Source: the human T2T-CHM13v2.0 reference genome, Homo sapiens | Length of the DNA: 64,000 nucleotides | Assembly (NCBI RefSeq): GCF_009914755.1 | Contig: NC_060928.1 | Strand: one strand, 5' to 3' | Shown here: piece after piece, positions 1-12,255 of the stretch | How positions within the stretch are numbered: position 1 is the first letter of the stretch | How the letters are laid out: the number at the start of each line of letters is the position of its first letter | Notes under the pieces: model-generated | The model's database searches: none | What the model was told of the DNA's origin: nothing | What the model saw: only the letters and a program-made list of their open reading frames with translations | Position numbers and translations under genes: made by a program

Positions 1-189
1 ACTGTTTTAGCTTGGAAAACCTTCGGGAACATGTAAACACTTTTTGTCAGACATATATTTTATGTTGGTAAAAAAAAAATCACAGATTAATAAAATTGTA
101 TTTTATACTGTTAAAACCCCTTACATTACACATGAGATTTTCCAAATCAATGAAAGGCTGTTTGTAACCATTATTTTAACAGGTACATA

Positions 190-375
190 ATTTTCCAGCA
201 TGTGGTTATTCATAATTTACTGAATTATTTCCCTTTTAGATATTTCTAGTGTTTTTACTCCTATAAATGATGGTATAATAAATAATTGCATACATGGATA
301 TTTGCTCACATTTCTAATTATTCCAAATTGCTAGAAGCAAAATTACTGAGTCAAAATGAACATTTCTTATGTACT
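190..375 (-). mobile_element. Ancient L1M(E)-like 3' fragment
   Basis: CTAGAAGCAAAATTACTGAGTCAAA resembles the antisense L1 motif CTAGAAGTGGAATTGCTGGGTCAAA; highly diverged. Confidence 0.45.
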
Positions 376-3264
376 AGAACGTATTTTCATTTGCCATTTC
401 TAGTTAAGAGACATTTAAATTTAATATGAATACTGTTGCAAAGACGTTGTTTGCCATTTGACTATCACTAAGCCTTCTTGTTCTCAAAAATAAGGAGCAA
501 ATGATTCATCTAGAAGGAAAAGAAATTTCACATCAATGTCTTGAAAGAAAATTTGTGAAAATCACCGTGAAGAGGCAACAAACAGAAAACACTGCCACAC
601 AACACACAGCAACATTTCTGAAAAAGCATCTTTAAGCATCTCTTTGTTCTTGGTGTTGCATCTTTATAGCAGCTGCTTCTCCCCACGATTCTCTCTCCCT
701 CGTCTCTGTTTTTCCTTCCAACATCAGCTCATTTCTCTCTCCTTGTACTCCTGCCTTCCAGGTCCGGGTCTATACTCCTCTTACACAAAACCCCTAAGCC
801 CTTCTGTCTTTTATGCCTTAATTTCAGTCAGACCCTGTTTAGAGCAGTGAAGGCCCAGAGTCCGGCTGAGTCAAAAATTCTCTTTAAGCGTCTTTGGAGA
901 GGGAGCCCTGTGAAAATTGTGGGAACATACTGTAGGTTGGCTTTGGCTGAAAGCTGCCATTTAGCTTCAGTGTCAGCCTCTAACTTTGGAAGGCAGCATA
1001 GCCAATTCTTCCTTCAGTCTCATTTCTGGCCTCTCTGAACTTGTGTCAGCTCAGTGATTTCAGGATTGGGTAAGTTACAATCACAGCTATCACATCTAGT
1101 CATCTTAGCAAAGTCAATCATATAAACAAAGGATGTCAGTCAAATTATTTAATGTCTGAATACTGACTTTCAAGTGGAGGTGAGCATTCTTGATGTAACT
1201 TGGAGTAAAAATCTTTGTGTGTTAATATATTTAAATTATATTATTTATCTGAAGTATGTATACATTTATTAATTACAAGCATATGATATTGCAATAATTT
1301 CTGATTATTGTAAAAGGTGTTTATTCTATGTATTAAAAACAATAAGAATTTCTGTTAAATAGGTAAATCGATTCACTATTATAGAAACATTAAGAGACTG
1401 TGTTAGCTAGATGACTTAAGGGAGAGCATTATGTCCTTTTCTAGCCAACACATGCTTATAAAACTTAAAATAGTAATACAAGGCATAATAATAGAGGTCT
1501 GTTTTCATGACAATTTGAGTGTTTGTGAAATCATTTTGAGTACTAGCATTCCTAACTTTAAACAAAATAACCTTAAATCAACTATTTAATTTTGAGTAAT
1601 TTTATCTCATTTAGGCTGTGATTCTTTTAAGAAAAGGAATTTTTAGAATTTCTGTGAATGAATTAAAAGCAGAATGTCAACTTTTCTATCTCAAAAATTT
1701 TATTGGGAGGAAAACCCTCATAATCAAGTACAGCAGCATCCATGGTAAAACTTGGATCCAGATGTAAGAAAGAATTATAAACTCTGATGAAAACAAGGAA
1801 GTGCTAGAGAAAAAGAAAGTACCTAGAAAAATTCTCCCTACTGATCTGCCATCAGTTTAAAGTGAGTGACTATTTAATACAGCCAACAGGCAGTTAAGTG
1901 ACAATGGGAGCAGTCTACCAGCTGACAAAACTCAGAAATTGTTGCTCCTTTATCTTAACGGCAAACTTGTAAAACTTAGCTAATAAAAGATTTAATAATA
2001 AAGTCATAATAATCATTATAATAAAAATTTACATTTAGTATTGTTTTCTGGAAGCATGTTCTCTGATTGAGATACTTGGCTTTGGATAAATATTGATTTT
2101 TTTCTAACCAGATATTTAGAATTCAGTCAAATAGGAATTTGGCACATCTCTAATACACTTTAATATTTCTGATCCTGTCAAAGCTCATTAGCCAAAACTG
2201 CTGTTGACTGCCGCAGCAGGAGATTAGTCCAAAACAGCCTTGTTGAAATGTTCCTGTCTGAATATGCATTTTTCAGCTCTCTTCAATGAAGCATTCAATT
2301 TACAAAAGCACATGTTTTATATATCACAAAAGTTTTTTTTCTTCCTCAACACTCTTGCAAATCTTCAAATACCTAACTTATTGTTTCTAATTTAGACATG
2401 ATATTTGCTTAGTAGACAGTAAGAGGATGCAAGTCCCTGTTTTCTGCTGAAAAAAAAATGCATATCGATGTTCATAATGGCAAGGGGCCTGAGAAGCCAT
2501 TATATCAAGAAAACAGGGTTAGGGAGTGGGCGAAGGAATAGGATCAGGTGCAGCAGTGGCTAACTAGGAAGACTAGGAGGAGGATCCTATCTCTTAAGAT
2601 ACAATCTTGCTTTTGATCCTGAGAAGCAAAGTTCTCACCTTTCAACCTATCCTTTTTCCTCCTTCTTAGTGCCAGTTCCTCACCAGAGTAAAGAAATATC
2701 TTCTTTTTTCCTTCCCCAATCTATTCATGTTTCAACTTTCAAGCACTAATGAGACAGAGCCTCTTTGATCTCTAAGTATTTCCTGAATATTTCAACCTGT
2801 TGTCTCATGGGTTTAATGAGCATCACAGATGATCCATTGATGTTTCCGGCTTACTGAACCATTTGTTATTACAGTGATTATTACGAAATGCATTTTGGCA
2901 AACACCCTTTCCTCTTAATTTTTAAACCCATGTGTATTCTAAGGGAAATGTAGTCCATGTGTTTTTGACTCATTTGTGCCCAGGTCATTAGAATGTGGTT
3001 GATCAGAGCTAACTCAACTCTAAGTAGTGCTCTGGGCCCTCTCATAATACACTCATGGTCTTAGCTTCTGCAGGACATCACCAATCAGATTTTGTGTGGT
3101 TCGTGTGCAACTCCAGCTATTCTAAGTTGATCTATGACATACTTCCATGCACCTTTTCTTAATTAATTCCACATCTGTGTTGCTGTTTTCCTTGGATGCC
3201 CTACGTGAGACTGAGACAAGTTTGAGTACACGCTCTTTCTTCTAGAAAGGATCTAGTAATAGTA

Positions 3265-3525
3265 ACAGAAATAATAATACCCAATATTTATTGAATATTT
3301 GCTATGTACTAGGCACTGTAAAACTACATATGTTTAATTCTCACAATGACCCAATGAGGTGGGTAAGATTATTATTTCCATTTTACAGATTAGATTATTA
3401 TTTTCATTTTACAGACTGTTTTACAGATTTTACCTACATGTAAGGTCACATCTAATATCTGTATACAACCACAGATAGAAACTAATCAGTCTAGCACCAC
3501 AGCCAGTGCTTTTGACCACTACATA
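3265..3525 (-). mobile_element. MIR SINE with internal 26-bp tandem duplication
   Basis: MIR core TTTAATTCTCACAATGACCCAATGAGGTGGG...CCATTTTACAGAT; AGATTATTATTT(C/T)CATTTTACAGA occurs from 3366 and again from 3392. Confidence 0.8.
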
Positions 3526-3715
3526 GTCATTACATGAGGTTGTGACTCTATGTCGATAATAAATTGTATTTCCTTATAGTGGATTTGAGATACTTCTGTG
3601 AATAGGCCTGCCATTGTTAGCTTTCTCAGACAGCTACCTCAGTGACTTATATATGTTAAGATTTGCATCCATTAGATATACGGCTATTTGTGAAAACGCC
3701 CATACAGATTTCCCC

Positions 3716-4021
3716 TTTTTTTTTTTTTTTTTTTTTTTTGAGGCAGAATCTCTCTCTGTTGCCCAGGCCGGAGTGTAATGGCACAATCTTGGCTCACTGT
3801 AACCTCTACCTCCTGGGTTCAAGTGATTCTCCTGTCTCAGCCTCCTGAGTAACTGGGTTTACAGGCACCTACCACCAGGCCTGGCTAATTTTTTGTGTTT
3901 TTAGTAGAGACAGGGTTTCACCATGTTGGCCAGGCTGGGCTTGAACTCCTGACCTCAGGTGATCCACCTGCCTCGGCCTTCCAAAGTGGTGGGATTACAG
4001 GTGTGAGCCACCACTCCCGGT
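3716..4021 (-). mobile_element. Full-length AluS (Sx-like)
   Basis: Poly-T tail, both monomers, CCTGACCTCAGGTGATCC; TSD CCCATACAGATT at 3699-3710 and 4022-4033. Confidence 0.97.
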
Positions 4022-4749
4022 CCCATACAGATTCCTTTGGGCAAGAAGACAGCAATTGGAGCCAGATCCATCTGCTTGTATTAGATATCTTGGGGTGTAA
4101 TCTGATCCCAGAGGATATCTCAAAATGATGTGCAGTTCAAGGTGAGAGATGCTGCTCCTGTCAAGGGGACTTGCCTGTGTGCTCTTCATATGATGAAATG
4201 CCCAGGAAGAACCAATGTCATGCACCTATGAGACACATGCCATGGACATACTGAATTGAATATTCAAACCCAGAAACCTAATTGGAAGATAGCAGGATGA
4301 ACAAGATTGTACCTTTATAGGAATTTTATGAGCAGGACCAGCTTGTCTTCAAGTGAAGATAAAGTCCTGTCCTCATAGCCCATGTCCACATTCATCTGCA
4401 CCTTAAATTTCTTTGTGAAAATCTGGGTCAGGGAGACAGTTATATTTGTTGTGCATCTGCTCAGCCACATCTCTGGCCTTTCTCTAAATATTAGTCAAAC
4501 CAAAATATGTTTGGGGAAGAGGTGCCCAGAGAACCAGGGGACAGCCACTGTCTCTGAACCATATAGAACCAGTTATGGATACTTAAGGTTGTGGCAGATT
4601 CCTATCCCTGAGTTTGTGGCTTACCCTCTGCTCACATTTTAGCCACACAACCTTAGGCCTCAAAGACATACTTAACCTCATAATTAAACTCCATAAAGAA
4701 ATTTTTTTTTAGGTTTTCTAATCGAAGCCTTAGCTAACCTACATCTTCC

Positions 4750-5047
<298 letters not shown>

Positions 5048-5059
5048 TCTATACCTTCT

Positions 5060-5672
5060 TCTTGCATAATCTCATCAGATCATTTGGCATCTATATTTTG
5101 ACTCCTAACTCCCAGCCTCTAGTCTACATCTCTCTACTGTGTTTATGAACTGCACATCCCTTTGCCTGCTAGACTTCTCTTTTCAGAGGTCTCATAGGTA
5201 TCTCAAACTCAATGTCTCAAGTAGAATTTATCATCCCTGCTTCTTCTCAGCTCCCATACAGGCTGCTTCCCTTGTATTCCCAGTCTACAGTAAAAGACTG
5301 TAAATTTCCTCTCCTTCCTCATCTCCTTTACATCCAATCTATCCAGTTGTGACAATTCTACCTCTTTCAAATGTCTTAAATCAGCACATCTGCTTTGGCT
5401 GCTCTTCTTTCACAACTCTTCCCCTGCAACTCCTCTGTCAGGCTACAAACATCACTCACCTGCATCTCCATCAGATCTATCTGCCCCCAATTCACTCTCC
5501 ACCCTCTGTATGTATGATTCTCTCTTCAATGGCTCTCTATTGCCCTTCGGATAAAATCCTAACCCCTTACCAATGTGTCTTTCTGTCTAGATTGTGAGTT
5601 CATTGAGAAAAGGGATGCTAGTCCCTAAATTCATAATTAAATATTCATCAAATAATATTTGTTAAATGAATG
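5060..5672 (+). mobile_element. L2 3' fragments
   Basis: TATCTCAAACTCAATGTC, CTAGATTGTGAGTTC and the terminal TATTTGTTAAATGAATGAA are L2 3' motifs. Confidence 0.7.
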
Positions 5673-5789
5673 AAAGTGCCTACACTGGTTCTACATGATG
5701 ACAGAACTAATCTTTTTCCTGCAAAGGTGGTAAGAAAGGGATGGAGTGATAATCTCTGCCTCTCTTGACCCACATCTTTCAAATAGGAG

Positions 5790-6010
5790 AGAAGGACATT
5801 GACACTGTTTGGCATACTCTAGTTATGTGTCCCTTAAAATACTTTAAAGGGATAAGCTCATTGCATCCCAGCAGGTACCTTGTAAGTATCATCATCTTCA
5901 TTTTACACATGAGAAAACTGAGGTCCAGTAAAGAACGTGCCCAAGCTCACACATCTTAGTAATTGGCCAAAGCATCATTCAAAACTTCGTCTATCTAACT
6001 CCAAAGCTGG
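5790..6010 (-). mobile_element. MIR
   Basis: CATTTTACACATGAGAAAACTGAGG...GCCCAAGCTCACAC core. Confidence 0.75.
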
Positions 6011-6589
6011 GCCTCAATCAATCATATAAAATTCAATCCGGGAACTAAGTCCAGTAACCTTGTAAATGAACCATCTCAGATCCAGGAATCCTGCCCAGCT
6101 TCCCTCAATGTGGCCAACACACTCATTCAAACTTCCATTCCACCCACAAAAGCTCCCCAATCACAGTCCACAGGCTCCAGCAGAGCTCAGAGTTTGCCGA
6201 TCTGGTGTAGAGATAAGGAGTCGCTCACATAACTTTTCTGATCCAATCATATCCACTTTATTTTCCTGGACCAGATAGAGAGTTTTAGTTAAAATTCTTA
6301 TCTGTTACTGCTTAAAGACAAATTTCTCATTTTTGCAGGTTCTGATACTTCAGAAGAATGAGGAGCTAATAAAAATAGCCAGGGTGCAAAGAGGAAAGTG
6401 GATTTCCTGCATCACACTTTGAAGCTTTCAGAATTTTGGACCTAGTTGTTCATGTGAATGAAGCAACTTGAGCATTGTAAGATTTAACACAATTCCTTGA
6501 AGAGCAAAAATGTCTGAGTGAGGAAAACAGTAACATAGGGTCATAAGCTCAGGGAAAACTGGTATAAAATGGGAGCTAATATCTGACTC

Positions 6590-6960
6590 AATTCATTTTA
6601 AAATTCAGCCACATTCACGAGCACTTACTATGTACCTAGCACTGGATACAGAAATAAATCAGGCTCAGCCCCTGCTGGTGAGCTCACAGTCTAGCCAGGG
6701 AGACAGACACAAAAACAAATAAGTAACAATTTATGATTATAATCAAATGAATAGAATTACCTAAAAGAGAAAGGATAAAGAGTAAAAAAAAAAAATGTTT
6801 GGGGAATCCTAGGAAACGAGATTCTCAAAGGAAGTGACATCTAAGTAGGGTTTTGAAGGACAAATAGGAGTTCATTAGACTGAAAAGTGAAGAAAAGTAC
6901 TCTAGGCAGAGAGGAAAGCACAAGCAAAGTTGAGCAAACAAACAAAAAAGTCCATGGAGT
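6590..6960 (-). mobile_element. L2 3' fragment
   Basis: GAGCACTTACTATGTACCTAGCACTG...GAGCTCACAGTCTAG... Confidence 0.7.
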
Positions 6961-7024
6961 TTATGAGTTAGTGAGTTGGACAAAAGGAATCTAGCTCATT
7001 AGTGTCCTTGTTAAAACATAATCT

Positions 7025-7487
7025 GTGTTTGCAGCAGAGACTGAAAGTTGCTACTCATCCTCCCTCTCTTCCTTAGAAATGCCACCATGAGACTGTATTT
7101 CCAAGTTCCCTTCAATCCAGAGTGGTCTGTGAGATATAAGCAGACATTGTAGGGTGGGGCTTTAAGAGTTGTCAATGTCAGGAGAACCACCATTTCCCCC
7201 TTTCTTCATTCTTTCTGTTTCCTTCTTGGAATCTAACCTGATGGCTGGTGCTCCAATAGCCATCTTGGATGATGAACCAGCCTTGATGATGGAAATCATG
7301 CACTAAAGAGGGAGGTTAAGAAGGAGCCTGCATCCCCGATGACATTGAAATCTTGCATTGTAGCCATTAACTGCCTATTTCTGTACTTCATATTATATAA
7401 AAGAAAAACAAACCCCTAAATCTTGTTTAAGCCTTTGTTATCTGGGTTTTCTATTATATGCAGCTGAATACAATTCCTAGTGGAAAC
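7025..7487 (+). mobile_element. MaLR LTR (MLT1J-like)
   Basis: GATGGCTGGTGCTCCAATAGCCATCTTGG and 3' end TTGTTTAAGCC...GCAGCTGAATACAATTCCTAG..ACA. Confidence 0.75.
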
Positions 7488-7569
7488 AATTCATTTCCTT
7501 CTACGTATATCAACTTTTCCCAAACAGCAGGGAATGCAGCTGCCAGCAGCTCCAGAGAAAATATTCATA

Positions 7570-7935
7570 ATGGTTAACAGCTGAGAGATTCAGGAGACTG
7601 CCTGACTCCACCACTCACTAGCTTGACCATGAGCAAATTCCTTAACTGCCTTTTGCCTCTGTCCTCTTTTTAATTTTTTTGAGGCACAGTATCTCCATGT
7701 TGCCTAGCCTGGTCTCGAACTCCTGGGCTCAAGTGATCCTCCTGCCTTGGCTTCTGGAGTAGCTGGGACGACAGGTGAGTGCTACTGCACCTGGCTCTTC
7801 TTTTTTCATAATAGGGATAATAATAGTACTTCTAGATTGGTTGTGAAGATCAAGTTAAGGAAATAACCCATGTAAAATGCTTTAGGTGTGCCCAGCACCT
7901 AATAATCAAGCAGCAAGTATGTTGTTTGTTATTAT
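7570..7935 (+). mobile_element. MIR interrupted by a FLAM
   Basis: MIR 5' half before 7660 resumes as ATAGGGATAATAATAGTAC after 7800. Confidence 0.7.
7667..7795 (-). mobile_element. FLAM_A-like Alu monomer
   Basis: Single monomer; TSD-like TCCTCTTTTT / TCTTCTTTTT. Confidence 0.85.
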
Positions 7936-8591
7936 TTTTAATTTTAGTTCTGTGAATCGAGAAGTTACCAGAAGAGAAATCCCAGGAGAGGACTGGGGCT
8001 GTTCCAGCTTGGGTGAAGGTCCAGGTGGCCAGGAGTTTGGAACACTAAGATTGGCCTAGCCTGGGTCCCAAGCCCACGTTGGTGGTGGGGATGATGCGGC
8101 TCGGGAGGTGTCGATCAAGTGTTACCAGAAAGTGGCAAGAAGGTGAGTGCTGGGCAAACAAAGACAAAGGCTGCTCTATACACCTTATTTGCCTCTTGAG
8201 GATATTGAGAAAATATGTGTCTACTAAGCTCTCAAACTTTTTTTACTGATGATTTAAGGAATTGCTATCATCAGCATTCTCATCAGTCTTGGGGCCTTTT
8301 TTCTTTCCTATCAGACTTAACACCAAGTTGAGATCTCACTGTTCTCTCAGTGCTGAGGCAGCTCCTGGAAGACCCTGCAAACCTCAGCCCCTGCCTCCCC
8401 TCCCCTTCCATCACTAGCCAGTGATAGGAACAATATGTATATGCAGAGACAAGGCAGCAACATTCACTACTGAGACTGTCACTGTCAGGGGAAAAAGCAG
8501 TCTATAGAAGAAACACAAAACAGCCCAGAAACTAAACAGCTGCCTGGTGTGTGCTATTATGCTGCAAAATGTTCCAGCTCTGATGACATTG

Positions 8592-8622
8592 CTCTCTCTG
8601 TGTGTGTGTGTGTGTGTGTGTG
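8592..8622. repeat. (CT)n(GT)n microsatellite
   Basis: Directly visible. Confidence 0.95.
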
Positions 8623-8633
8623 CATATTCATCA

Positions 8634-9520
8634 TGTTTTTTTTATTTTCTGTATTCTGATGATTTGACATCTGAGCCTTGCTGACCCTGGAGAAACTGCC
8701 TTCCCAGGGTTAGCTAATTCCTAGAGATAGCAAACAACTGGTCAAGGAGCATGCCTTTGAAATGCAAACCAACCAATCCAGACTCCACACCCTCTACTGG
8801 ACTTGCCCACACCAAGCTACTGTCTACCTGCCTTCATCATGCCAGGCCCTGGTACCAGACAACTGGGGAAAGCCCTTGTGTCCCATAGCTTCCTAAAATT
8901 ATTTAGACTGGCTAATCCTAAACCAGTTTACCTTGCCCTTTCCTTCCTGCAAAAAAAAAAAAAAAAACACACAAGAAAACCTCCTGCTCATGTTTCCCCC
9001 TCATTCCCTGTGCTTCCTGGTTGATCTGGGTGCTTCCCCACGTGGCCCTGCATGGCGTGCTGTGCCTCCTGCATCTAGGGATCTGTGCCTATACAAACTT
9101 CTTCCAGGCTGGGCATGGTGGCTCATGCCTATAATCCCAGCGTTTTGGGAGGCCAAAGCAGGAGTATCACTTGAGTGCAGGAGTTTGAGACCAGCCTGGG
9201 CAACATGGCCAGACATTGTCCCTACAAAAAATAAAAAAAAATTATCTGGGTGAGGTGGCTTATGCCTGTAGTCCCAGCTACTCAGGAGGCTGAGGCGAGG
9301 TGGGGATTGCTTGAGTCCAGGAGATCGAGGCTGAAGTGAGCCGTGATTGCAGTACTTCATCCAGCCGGGGTGACAGAGGGAGACTCCACCTTTTTTTTTT
9401 TTTTTAAAAAAAAGATCTTTCTTCTTGACAGTCATTTCCATGTCTGTCTTACCATACGTGATAAATACAAATTAGCCAGTATTACGTGATAAATACAAAT
9501 CCCAGATACTGTTTAAAACA
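8634..9520 (+). mobile_element. ERVL solo LTR (MER74-like), interrupted by an AluJ
   Basis: TTGACATCT..GCCTTGCTGACCCTGGAG...AATTCCTAGAGATAGCAAAC...ATGCAAACCAACCAATCCAGA; ends TTTAAAACA. Confidence 0.75.
9106..9413 (+). mobile_element. AluJ with T15A8 tail
   Basis: Dimeric Alu; tail reads T15 then A8. Confidence 0.95.
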
Positions 9521-10680
9521 GTGTGTGGAGTGTGTGTGTGTGTGGGGGGGGCATGTGGTGTGTGTGTGGTGTGTGTGTAGGGTGTGGGGTGTGGTTGTGT
9601 GTGTGATGTGGTTATGTGTGTGTGTTGTGTGTGTGGTGTGTTTGTGTGTGTGTTGTGTGTGGTGTGGTTGTATGTGTGTGGTGTGTGTGTGTGTTGTGGG
9701 GTGTGGTTGCATGTGTGTGGAGTGTTGTGTGTGGTGTGGTTGTGTGTGGTGTGGTGTGTGTTGTGTGTGTGGTGTGGTGTGTGTGGTGCGGTTCTATGTG
9801 TGTGGTGTGTGTGTGGGGTGTGGTGTCTGGTGTGGTGTGGTGGTGTGTGTGTGGTGTGTGTGGTGTATGTGTGGGGGTGTGTGGTGTGTGTGTGGGGGTG
9901 TGTGGTGTGTGTGGGGGTGTGTGGTGTGTGTGGTGTGCGTGGTGTGTTGTGTGTGGTGTGGTGTGTGTGTGTGGTGTGTGGGGTGTGTGTATGCTGTGTG
10001 GGGTGTATGTGTGGTGTGTGGGATGTGTGTGTGTGGTATGTGTGGTGGTGTCTGTGGTGTGTGTGTTGTGTGTGGGGTGTGTGTGGTGTGGGTGTGTGGG
10101 GGGTGTATGTGGTGTGTAGTGTATGTGTTTGGTGTGTGGTGTGTGTGGTGTGTGGGGAGTGTGTGGGGTGTGTGGGGTGTGTGTGGTGTGTGGGGGGTGT
10201 GTGTGTGCTGTGTGGGGTGTGTGTGGTGTGTGTGGCATGTGGTGTGTGGTGTGTTGTGTTGGTGTGTGTGGTGTGTGGATGTGTGTGTGTGGTGTGTGTG
10301 AGGGGTGTGTGGAGTGTGTGGTGTGTGTGTGGTGTGTGGGGTGCATGTGGGGTGTGGTGTGTGGGGCGTGTGGGGTGTGCGTGTGGTGTGTGGGGTGTGT
10401 GTGGTGTATGTGGTGTGTGTGTGTGTGGTGTATGGTGTATGGTGTGGTGTGTGTGGGTGTGTGAGGGGTGTGGGGGGGTGTTTGGGGTGCATGTGGTGTG
10501 TGTGTGGTGTGTGTGTGTGGTGTGTGTGTGTGGTGTGTGGAGTATGTGGGGGGTGTGTGTGTGGTGTGTGGTGTGTGTGTGTGGTGTGTGTGGTGTGTGT
10601 ATGGTGTGAATGTGTGTGGTGTGGTGTGTGTGCTGTGTGTGTTGTGTGTGTGTGTGTGTGTGGTGTGTGTGTGTGGTGTG
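9521..10680. repeat. ~1.16 kb degenerate GT-rich simple repeat (GT/GGT/GGGGT units)
   Basis: Almost entirely G and T on the + strand; source of the spurious Cys/Val/Gly and His/Thr/Pro ORFs. Confidence 0.98.
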
Positions 10681-10959
10681 TACACACAAGCATATGCAAA
10701 TCTACAATGTTTAGGAAAAGCAGGCTTGGACTTAGCTTTTCTTAAGCTCCAATTTTCTCCGGAACTTGCACAAGAGATGCCAGGCTTTCTGATGCTGGTG
10801 ATGGCCCTGTTTGCCAAGTGTTTATCTCATGAATCATAACATTGGCCTTTCATTTTATTTTATTGGACCAATTCTCCTGGGAACATATTTTGTATCCAAG
10901 GAAATGATATTAAGAATATCCAATAAGCCAATTTCAATAAGCCAACAACTCAGAAATTT

Positions 10960-11183
10960 CTCAAATTCCTGAGCTCAAGTGATCCTCCTGCTTTGGCCTC
11001 CTGAGTAAACAGGACTACAGGCATGCACCACCATGCCCGACTCATTTTTTAATTTTTATTTTTGTAGAGACCAGGATGTCTCTATGATGCCCAGGCTGGT
11101 CTTAAACTCCTGGGCTCAAGGGAAGCTCCCTCTTTGGCCTCCCGAAGTGTTGGAATTACAGGAATGAGCCATCTCACCCAGCC
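10960..11183 (-). mobile_element. AluJ, 3'-truncated
   Basis: Left monomer plus part of the right monomer; no A-tail. Confidence 0.9.
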
Positions 11184-11587
11184 AATCTTAGCATCTTAAA
11201 GCAGAAATCTACCAGGCACATCTGAAAGTGTGGGGGGAGGACTGTGATCAGTAGTAAATGACACCTTGAGGACACGCTGGGGTTGGCAGAATGATGGGCT
11301 CTGTCTAGGAAAAATGAAGTGAACCTTCCCTAAAATCCAAAAGACACTGACGAGCTGATTTTGTTTCAAGCAGATGAGTGAAGGAGGAAATTTGACATGA
11401 GAAGAAAATCTTTACCCTTTAAAGAAGAAAAATAAGGATTAAAATAATTTAAGTGTTCATTTTGCCAAGCTCTTTGCTTAGTTCTTACAAACCACCCAAG
11501 GTTTGTAGCCAAATACTTTGAAGCTCCCCATCACTGTCACCAGAAGTTCCTGGAGAATGGAGTTGGTGGACCCTGTATGGCTTTTCT

Positions 11588-11825
11588 TTTCTTTTTTTTT
11601 TTTTTGAGATGGAGTCTCCCTCTCTTGCCCAGGCTGGAGTGCAGCGGCCCAATCTCGGCTCACTGCAACCTCCGCCTCCCGGGAGGTTCTCCTGCCTCAG
11701 CCTCCTGAGTAGCTGGGACTTCAGGGACACACCACCACACCTGGCTAATTTTTGTATTTTTAGTTGAGATGGGGTTTCACCATGTTGGCCAAGCTGGTCT
11801 TGAATTCCTGACCTCAAATGATCCA
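11588..11825 (-). mobile_element. AluS 3' portion of a rearranged insertion
   Basis: T-tail through ...CTGACCTCAAATGATCCA, then stops abruptly. Confidence 0.95.
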
Positions 11826-12085
11826 GATAAGATTGTTTTAGAGGTTTATGGGAGGTCTGAATCCATGTTCATGTCACAATGTGGTTCTGTGATTAAGTTC
11901 TTGATGACAACTGTCTTGTTAACTACGATTATTGAGGGCAAAGGTCAAAGTTCAACATAGCGGATGACAGCTCCATTCTTTCTCCACTGTGAAGACTGGT
12001 GGAGGAGAAAGGAAACTAAAGTTTCCTAGAGGTCTGATTTTGCTTCCTACTCTACACACATTATTTCATCTAAAATTCTCAGAAT

Positions 12086-12130
12086 GGCTGGACATTGTGG
12101 CTCATGCCTATAATCCCAGCACTTTTGGGG
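12086..12130 (+). mobile_element. Alu 5' end (about nt 1-45), inverted relative to 11588-11825
   Basis: GGCTGGACATTGTGGCTCATGCCTATAATCCCAGCACTTTTGGGG followed by the 17-bp TSD. Confidence 0.9.
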
Positions 12131-12255
12131 CCCTGTATGGCTTTTCTCTTTTTACTCTTAATTCTTCTTTATATCCCTGGGGCAAATTAGTGTTCAATAA
12201 ATGTCTGTTAATAAAGGACAGCTTGATCTCCAGTTGTAATTAATACATGTCATCT

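Noticed and set aside
6320-6385. Acceptor-like TTTCTCATTTTTGCAG followed by AATAAA
   Set aside because: Isolated motif with no supported partner exon or reading frame; a lncRNA exon cannot be excluded
9472-10839. ORFs of up to ~405 aa rich in His/Thr/Pro or Cys/Val/Gly
   Set aside because: They are translations of the GT repeat, which is depleted of stop codons in all frames; there is no coding evidence
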